A program made the position numbers and the translations under genes. From positions 58,280,001-58,344,000 of the forward strand of contig NC_088799.1 in NCBI RefSeq assembly GCF_011386835.1: a stretch of DNA of 64,000 nucleotides, read 5' to 3'. Source of the DNA: Chrysemys picta bellii (lineage: Eukaryota). The notes under the pieces were generated by a model. That model was given only the letters and a program-made list of their open reading frames with translations, was not told where the DNA came from and searched no databases. The stretch's first letter is position 1; every line of letters begins with the position of its first letter. Positions 56,158 to 64,000 of this stretch are shown in pieces.

Positions 56158-56865
56158 TACTCCTGGGGGAATTCATGGCCCCCGCAGATTTATTAGCTTC
56201 CCCTCAGAAAAATGACTTTCTGACGGGAAACATAAGAAGAGGATGCAAAGGGAAGCCACAAGAGCGGTCATGAGCCCCTCTCCAGCAGTTCAGGTGCATT
56301 ATTTCAGGGGCCCGGAGCAGCTGGTGGAGAGGTAAATCACTGCTGAGCCCCAGGCCCCCTTCTCTACCCCCCCCCTTCCGCTGAGCCCCAATCACCTTCA
56401 CCTGGACCTCCCTGCAGAGTCCCATTGCGCTTGTACATGGAAGCCCCCATTGACCCCTGTGCATCCAGATCTTCTCCGCATCTGGCCCCCACACTGAGCT
56501 GCCCACACCCAGAATGCTCCACACAGAACTCGATCATCCCACACTAAGTCTCTTCACGACTGAGCCTGCCAGCCCATACCTGATGTGCCTGGTGCGGAGG
56601 GGGAGGGCCCCAGGATGTTTCTGGGTCAGGCCCGGCCCTTGCGCTGTGTCAAGGTTGGGTGCAGCCTCACCACCGAGTCCGTACCCCTTGGTGGGGGGGA
56701 GAGGACGGGGCTGCAGGGAGATCTCCCACCTCCATGTAGCCAGTGGTCTGTGCTCCAGGATAGCAGTGGGGAGCCTCCATATTTATTTATTGACAAATTT
56801 TGCAGAATTTTCAAATACTGGATGCAGAATTTATATTTTTTTGGCGCAGAATTTCCTCAGGGGTA
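56158..56865. mobile_element. Non-autonomous element, same terminal family as 51548-52677
   Basis: TACTCCTGGGGGAATTC / GAATTTCCTCAGGGGTA inverted termini. Confidence 0.6.
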
Positions 56866-57151
56866 ATCTTAGAGCTGTGCTGGTCCAGAATTAAAATCAG
56901 GGTAAAGGGGGCCAATCCATATTCCTGTGGATACCTACTGGTGCTTCCGCATGTGAGGTACACCAACGTAGACTGCTGTGTGGTCACACATCACTGAGGG
57001 GAACTAGGTCTTATTAGTTCCATAGCATTTAACTTTGATTTTCATAGGATGGAGTGTTGTTCTACCACAAGAGTGGCCAATGCTATGTCTAACTTTCAGT
57101 GTAAAATATGTTTTCATTATATAAGATACTCTTTCCCCTATTGACTATGAA

Positions 57152-57798
57152 TAAGACTACGTTTTCGTCATGGTAAAAAGTCATGTAGTAAAAGTCACGG
57201 ACAGGTCACGGGCAGTAAACAAAAATTCACAGCCTGTGACCTGTCCATGAGTTGTACTATATATCCCTGACTAAATCTTGGGGAGGGGGTTGGCCCGGGA
57301 GTGCCGCGGGTGCTTGGGGGGAGGAAGGGGTCCCCGGCGGGCGCTGCGGGTGTCAGGGAGGGGGACAGTAGCTGGGGGGAGGGGGGAGGGATCCCACTGG
57401 TGCTGGGAGGGTGGTTGGTGGAGCTGCAGGCTCCCTACCCGGCTCCATGCCTCCCCAGAAGCAGCGACATCTTTCAGCTCTTGCGGAGGTATGTCCAGGC
57501 AGCTCTGCACACTGCCTCCTCCCTGAGCGCCGGCTCCACAGCTCCCATTGGCCGGGAACTACGGCCAATGGGAGCTGCGGGCGTAGTACCTGCAGGCGGA
57601 GGCAGTGCGCAGAGCCCCCTGGCTGTGCCTCCCTGGGGAGACCCCCGAAGCAAGTGCTGCCTGGAGCCTTCACCCCCTCCTGCACCCCAGCCCTGAGCCC
57701 CCCACCCAAACTCCTGCTGCTATTGGCGGGGGGGGGGAGGGGGTGGCTGCTGCAGAAGTCACAGAATCCGTGACCTCCGTGACAAACCCGCAGCCTTA
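57152..57798 (-). mobile_element. Non-autonomous hAT element
   Basis: Termini TAAGACT...AGCCTTA; perfect 8-bp TSD ACTATGAA (57144-57151 / 57799-57806). Confidence 0.88.
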
Positions 57799-58078
57799 AC
57801 TATGAAAAACAATCAGTCTACACTAGGCCTGTTTACATGTCAATTTTTATTGTATGTCCCCAAAGGGCATCTAAAACTCAGGTTTAAATAATTTTTATAA
57901 GTATTCTCCCCTCCTCCCCCTCGGACTTGTAGCTGTTGTTTAACCCTTTCCTGTGAGGATCCATGATGTCTCAATGTGAAATATTGTTGTGAAACCTTTC
58001 TGCTTAAGCTTTGCAATTCTGCAGCCTGGTGAGAGATTCTTCCTCCTGCACTGACATGTTGTTTTGTGTCTTTTCCAG

Positions 58079-58230
58079 TGTTCACCAAGAATCTCTGCAG
58101 CCAGATGTCTGCTATCAGTGGTCCCCTCCTGCAGTGGCTGGAGGACAGACTGGAGCAGAATAAACAGCGGGTGCAGGAACTGCAGCGGGAGAAAGAGGAG
58201 CTCATGGAAGAACTAGCTGCCCTGGAGTGA
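58079..58230 (+). CDS. BRCC3: BRCC3 exon 8 (stop TGA). Total protein is 261 aa.
   Basis: ttccag|TG; VFTKNLCSQMSAISGPLLQWLEDRLEQNKQRVQELQREKEELMEELAALE*. Confidence 0.97.
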
Positions 58231-60294
58231 AGAGGAAACCCCAGACCTTTTTTTTTTTTTTTTTTTTTTTGGATTGGACAGGAGTGACATGTGCCTGATG
58301 TGTGGTCTGTCTTGCCTTTCTATGAAGATGCTACTTGTTCCTCTCATCTCGCTTCATGTGACAGCTCCCAAGAACGCTTCCACAAGATGACCAAGGGCTC
58401 ACATCTGTCTCCAGCTAGATTGGAAAGCCTTGTGCTGCCTGTGTGAAAAGTCCACTCTGGGTGCACAAAGGAGCAATCCAGCACCACCCTAACTAGGGTG
58501 ATTCAGCAGCACACTCTTGGGAAGAGACCATAGCTCTAGGAGGGGGATACCTAGTGAATTTATTTGGTTCCCCTCTCCCCTGTTGTTCAACACACATCTT
58601 TTTCCTATATATATATATTGCTGGGAGCCTGGAACCAGAGGATCATGGGTGGGGTAATAGCTGCATTTCTACAGTAATCACAACTTCTCTGTTGTAGCAA
58701 ATAAATCAAGCAACTCGCTAGTCATGGTCAGAGAAGGGTGGGGGGGGAGGGTGCTATGCCCTTGACACTGCCAATTTTGCCTCCTTTCGGTAGCTCCAGT
58801 TGACAGGTAGTGGCTTGATGTCCAGTAACTTTCTGGATTACTGATTGCATACTCTTGCACGTGTGGTAGGGTGGGGGTAGATGCGGCCAAGATGAAGGGG
58901 GCTTAAGGTTTATGCCTCCTGTATTTCAAACCAAATAAAGAAGGGCAATTTGAGAGTGGAAATGAGTTGGATGCTGCACCAAACACAGTGCGAGTGCTGC
59001 AGTTTGAGTGTTCGGTTTCCTTCATCGTCTCTCACTGTAGTTGTACACTGGTCACTGAGCTGCTTCCCACTGTTGAACTGGACTGGATGGGTGACATTGT
59101 TTTACAGAGAGGAGTATGGGGGGGGGAGAGCAGCTGTGATAGATGATGAAAACTTTTCCTTCCTGTGTCCTGAGATCCATTGCAAAGGTTTATTTGCAGT
59201 AGTTATTTTCAACTTCAGTGTTAAATTACCCTTTGCATTTTCCTCCTCAGTGGGTTTTCAAGCAGGGTTTACCATCCGCCACCAGCTGCATAAATATCTA
59301 CCATTACTGAGGGGAAGCCTGTATCAAGGGCTCTTGCATATCCCAGAGTGATTTGGAGACCAACTGCATATTTAAAAGCTTTCTGTTAAAACTCCTTGTA
59401 TTTCTGGTTGTTAAATTGAAACCATTAGCTGCTCAGAAAAAATAGTATTCACATTTCAAAAAACATAAACTGCACATAATACAGGGGCCCTCCTGCTGCA
59501 TATAGCACTCGCTCTGGGTCTTTGGCAGCATGTCGGAGCGAGTGAAGGACTCGCTGCCAAAGTGCTGCTGAAGGCCTGGTAGGGAACCGCCCAGTGAGTA
59601 CAAGCCCCCTGTCCCCCGTCCCCCCCCATCTGACCCCCACCCACGTCCTGCCCCCCTCAGAACCTGCAACCCATCAACTCCCCCCCCCCCCCCCCGCTCC
59701 TTGTCCCCTGACCACCCCCTCCCGAGACTGCCCACCCTAACTGCCCCCCAGGATTACCCCACCCACAGTGCTGGGCCACTCAGGTAAAGTCTTTTTAAAA
59801 AGGACATGATAAAAGCAATGGGAGGTCTTCATAAAACAGGATTTAACAGGGATCCATTTGCCATCGTAGTATAGATCAATAGAAACAATCCTGTGAAAGC
59901 TTAAGCGCCAAATCCTCTTGTGATTGGATAAACACAAGTTAAGTGAGGCATGAAGTCTGTTTTTTCAGAAGAACCTTACATCACACTCTGGTATGAAGTA
60001 GGAGATGTTTTATTATTAATATTATCCTGCCCCATGATCTAGAATTTAGTTTGTACTTGCCTGCAAAAATTGATTAGGAATTGTCAGGAATTTATAGCAG
60101 CTACTCGGTTGAAAATAATTCCTCATTGACGTGGTTTTGACATGCTGAGTGCCTTGGCATTTCAGGGAGGAGAATCACAATAAACATCCTCCAAAGGCTT
60201 TCAAGACTTTGCTTAGTCTGTCCTCTGAGCCCAAGAGCCTCTCAAACCAGAGAATGAGTTTGTGCCTGCACGTCTCTAATGGAGGGATTATAAA

Positions 60295-61029
60295 TAAGGC
60301 TGCGTGTCTGTCACAGAGGTCACAGATTCCATGACTTTCTGTGATCTCCGTGACTTCCGCAGCGGTCACTGCGGCTGTCTCCGGGGCTGCCTGAGCAGAT
60401 CAGGCAGCCCTTGGGCTAGCAGCACCAGCCACTGCTGAGTCAGTTTGGGTGTGGGAAGGGGTTGGGGTAGGGACTTGAGGTGTGGGGTGGCGCTTACCTT
60501 GGGGTTGGGGGGCTCCCCGGAAGTGGCCAGCATTTCCTTGCAGCTCCTAGGCGGAGGGACAAGGGGGCTCTTCGCGCTGTCCATGCTCCCCAGCTCTGCC
60601 CCCACAGCTCCCATTGGCTGCGGTTCCCGGCCAATGGGAGCTGCGGAATTGGAGCTCGTGGTGGGGGCAGCACGGGGAGCCCCCCCACCCTTCCCTTATG
60701 CTAGGAGCTGCAGGAACACACAGCGCCTGGTAGGGAGCCCCACCAACCCTGCTAGCCCCACCAACCCTTCTCAAGCACCAGCAGGCATCCCAGGCTGCGC
60801 GCCGTGCCCCCCTGCCGTCTTCTTCCCAGCAACAGCGCGGGTCCTGGGCCACCCCCTCCCAGCACCTGTGGCACCCACAGACCCTCCCCAAGAGCACCCT
60901 CAGCCTGAGTTTTAGTTAGGGGTATATAGTACAAGTCATGGACATATCACGGGCCATGAATTTTTGTTTACTGACCGTGACCTGTCCATGACTTTTACTA
61001 AAAATACCCGTGACTAAAATATAGCCTTA
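60295..61029 (+). mobile_element. Non-autonomous hAT element, inverted relative of 57152-57798
   Basis: Termini TAAGGCT...AGCCTTA; perfect 8-bp TSD ATTATAAA (60287-60294 / 61030-61037). Confidence 0.88.
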
Positions 61030-61872
61030 ATTATAAATCAAGACACAGCTTTGTGGGTACAATGTGGTGCGAATGATCTAATTGTGAACCACCTACTTCC
61101 TGTATTTTCAGTTTAGTTTGAATCAGCAGATGGAGTTTTTTCACTAGCTGGCGTTTGGTAGGAGCCATGAATGCTTCAGTCAATGGGACTAGCTTCCTAC
61201 CTTGTTGAAGCCTGACCAGGTTATCTCTGCTATACCCCTTCTATGCTACTTCATTAGTCATGAGTAAACCAATCACTAAGCTATACTACTGGAGTGGGAT
61301 GCTGAAATGCAGCTTCTGGTAACTTGCCACTAATTTCATGATTGTCCACATGTGCTAGAATGCTTTACACTTGCATGGTAACTACTGTGGGTGAGTGTTT
61401 TACAAACACTAATAGTGAGCTGCAAAAGATTTTTTAAAATTTGAATTTATGGTCTGGTGTGTGCATTTATTTAATGATACAAATGCAAGGTCAAGGCCTC
61501 CTTTATCCAAAATGTCATTGAATTTAAATTGGTGTTAAAAACAAATTCAAAGGCCCAGATCCTCAAGTACTGTAAATCCGTGTAGCTCCATTAACGCACT
61601 CCCTGATGAGGAAATGGCCCAGTGAGTTTGAACAGTGTGAGAGGGAAGAGACTTGTAATCAGTCAGGTTTCCCTCCCTTGGGGATTCTGTCTCCGTTGTA
61701 GTGGCTCTCCAATCATGCTCTTCCAGCCTGGCCCCCGTCTGGATTTTTAATATAAGGCAGTGGTGTGGTGTAATGATTTTTTTTTTAAATGGGTAAACTA
61801 ACCTCCATACTCACCAAATGAGAAGTAAACTCTGTTTACCCTAGTTTATCCTTGACCATGCTACTGCTATAA

Positions 61873-62131
61873 GGGCTTGTCTATATGGACAGTGCAGCAA
61901 GCTGGGATGTAAATCGATCTGGCACCAGCCTGCTGCGCACTGACTGTCCCTGTGCCCCTACTGCTCTGCACTAGGAGTTCCCTAGCACACTTTGATCTAC
62001 CCCGCTTAGAGATGGGAGTAGGGCAGCGTACACAAGGGGACCTTTTAGTGTGCAGTAGTGGGATCCACACACACAGTTAGTGTGTGGCAAATTTGCATCT
62101 CACTTGCTCACTGTTCATATAGACAAACCCC
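61873..62131. mobile_element. PIF/Harbinger-type MITE
   Basis: TIRs GGGCTTGTCTATATGGACAGTG / CACTGTTCATATAGACAAACCC; TAA on both flanks. Confidence 0.75.
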
Positions 62132-63534
62132 TAATGAACAAGCACAGCTCCCCACCCACACCTTTCAGGGCTTCATGCAGTAGGAAGAGGCACTTTTTAA
62201 AAATTAGTTTGCTGTAAATCTTGAAGCCCCTCCTCAGCCCTAGCTCTTAGGTAGATATCAGGAAGCCCATTTTCAAGGTGTGCAGCAGGAGAGAATGGCT
62301 TACTCTTTTTCCCACAGCAAATGAGGGCCAGAGTTGTTAATTATATACAAATGTCCTGACTCCAGTCTTCTGCTGTAAGCAGTAGCCTATAGACACGTCA
62401 TTGTCCAGTACTTGAAAGCTAACAGGTTGTTTGCAGTCGGAGCTGGTGTATGTTAGGTTGCTTGTTTCTACATCTGTTTATCTGCTGGCACCCACCCAAG
62501 GACAGAATGAGCCTGGCCGGGGCTGCTGAGCTCCAGTGATGATCACCCTCGGGGTGCATTGCTGGAGGAACATGGAACAAAAGGTGCCCCCTCACTTTGC
62601 CTGGAGAGTATCATTTGACTTAGAGGCTGCGGTGGCAATGACCTTATATAAAGGAAGGGGGCCATTACTCCTTCTGAAAGGAGTGTGATCTTTATAATGG
62701 CTGGGCAGAGCACTAGCTGTATTCCTGAACCATGACATTTCTTGAGCTGGTGGAAGATTTTCTGACATTTTATCATCAGAAAATGCTAATTCAGTGGAAT
62801 TGACACATTCACAGGAGCGTGTCTATTCCATCAGACCTTGCAATGGAAAGCATGTGGGCAGACTTGCTGGCTCCCCAGCCAACGTGGGCAGTGGGTTCCA
62901 CAGGGTCTCTGGAATCCCTGGGCAGCTGGATTCCTCAGCTGGTGGGTTCCCCAAGTTGCCCATCAGAGAGGGCTTCCCAGACAAACAATTTCCCACCTCC
63001 TCTACTGCTTCCTACAGGAAATTTTCCAATTAATATTTTTTGTTCCAGTTCAGGATGGATTTTTTTTTTCAGACATGCATAATTTTCTGAGAGAAGGAAA
63101 TCCCAGTTCTAGTAATTTCTGTACAAGTAGCTGTGGGGGTTGGCAGGGGTAAATTGCTGCATTTGGAATAAAAGACTCTTTCCGCTAGCTAGGAATATAC
63201 ACAACTCTCCTCTCTCTTTTCAGGGCTCTGCTCTGAAGCATCTCACTCTGCAGTTGAGGGATAATTGCACTGCTTTCCAAGAACCGGCACTAGAAGAGCA
63301 GACCCCAGCAAACTCAAAAAAGGATAAAAGTCCTTCAAATTGTAGTTATTAATAATTACCACTGCTCAGAAGGACACCATCATGTTGTGTACGCTCTATG
63401 GAGAAGTGTTTTTCTACAGAGCCCCCTGCTGAGACACTTGGGATACTGCACAATATAAAACAACCTCCCCCCCCCCCCCCAGCAAAAAAACCACCCACTT
63501 AAAATATATACAGCATGAATATATCAGTAGCTTT

Positions 63535-63905
63535 TAACTAGGCAGAATGTGATTTTTTTCCTTATATTTGATGTTTATTTTTAATCATTTTTATAGATTT
63601 AAAAACTCACAATTACAAGAAACTATGGGAAGGGTCAGATAATAACAATGACAAGAGACACTGAGATTCCATAAGTTAAAGCCTTGTAACCATTAAAACC
63701 CAAATTGGCAACATCTCATGTCAAAATATACAAAGTCAATATCCTTAAATCAAACTCTAATAAGTTCTCAAGCTGTATTTTTCTTACTTCATACAGCTGT
63801 AAATTTTGATTATTAGTGGAAATATTTTTGCCTGTTTTGTGTGTATGGTGAAATTGACGCTTAGTGACATTTACTGAGGAAAAAAATTGAATCTTTCCAA
63901 GCCTA
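63535..63905. mobile_element. AT-rich MITE, inverted relative of 30775-31166
   Basis: Ends in ...TTCCAAGCCTA; shares GTCAATATCCTTAAATCAAACTCT with the reverse complement of the 30.9-kb copy. Confidence 0.6.
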
Positions 63906-64000
63906 TTTATAAAGCGAGGGAATGGTAGTGGAGTTAATGCAGTCGGTAAAAGTGTCAGGTGGGTGTATACTAAAAATACACATGGAAAAGAAAGCCTTGA

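Noticed and set aside
57271-57799. Cluster of overlapping 64-131 aa ORFs (and similarly 60366-60934)
   Set aside because: GC-rich interiors of TSD-bounded non-autonomous hAT elements.
58247-58270. Poly-T run after the BRCC3 stop (also 5544-5572, and poly-G near 47455-47475)
   Set aside because: Simple homopolymers with no TSD-bounded insert; lengths are unreliable in assemblies.
62640-62660. TATA-like TATATAAAGG as a promoter for a downstream gene such as VBP1
   Set aside because: No CpG island, recognisable exon or ORF follows within the window.

Overview
Vertebrate genomic DNA, most likely a turtle (tortoise-type Pol III/SINE, PsCR1-type LINE ends, turtle-type hAT/Harbinger MITEs). It carries the cluster syntenic with human Xq28: FUNDC2 (+, 5 coding exons, 2673/2784-15743), CMC4 (-, 2 coding exons), MTCP1/p13 (-, 3 short coding exons nested in the first intron of CMC4 and invisible in the ORF track) and BRCC3 (+, 8 coding exons, 261 aa, intact JAMM motif). 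BRCC3 and CMC4/MTCP1 share a short bidirectional CpG promoter. I assembled all exons by hand; splice phases are consistent. Two non-canonical introns are visible: a U12-type AT-AC intron in BRCC3 and a GC-AG intron in MTCP1. Three structurally complete but coding-decayed mobile elements stand out. (1) A Gmr1-type Gypsy LTR element with PR-IN-RT-RH order, nested in a CR1, plus a related solo LTR. (2) A DIRS1-type tyrosine-recombinase retrotransposon with ITRs and an ICR. (3) An Academ-like DNA transposon with ~350-bp TIRs and a TTT TSD. Family assignments come from recalled motifs, not database searches, and most repeat boundaries without a TSD are approximate.
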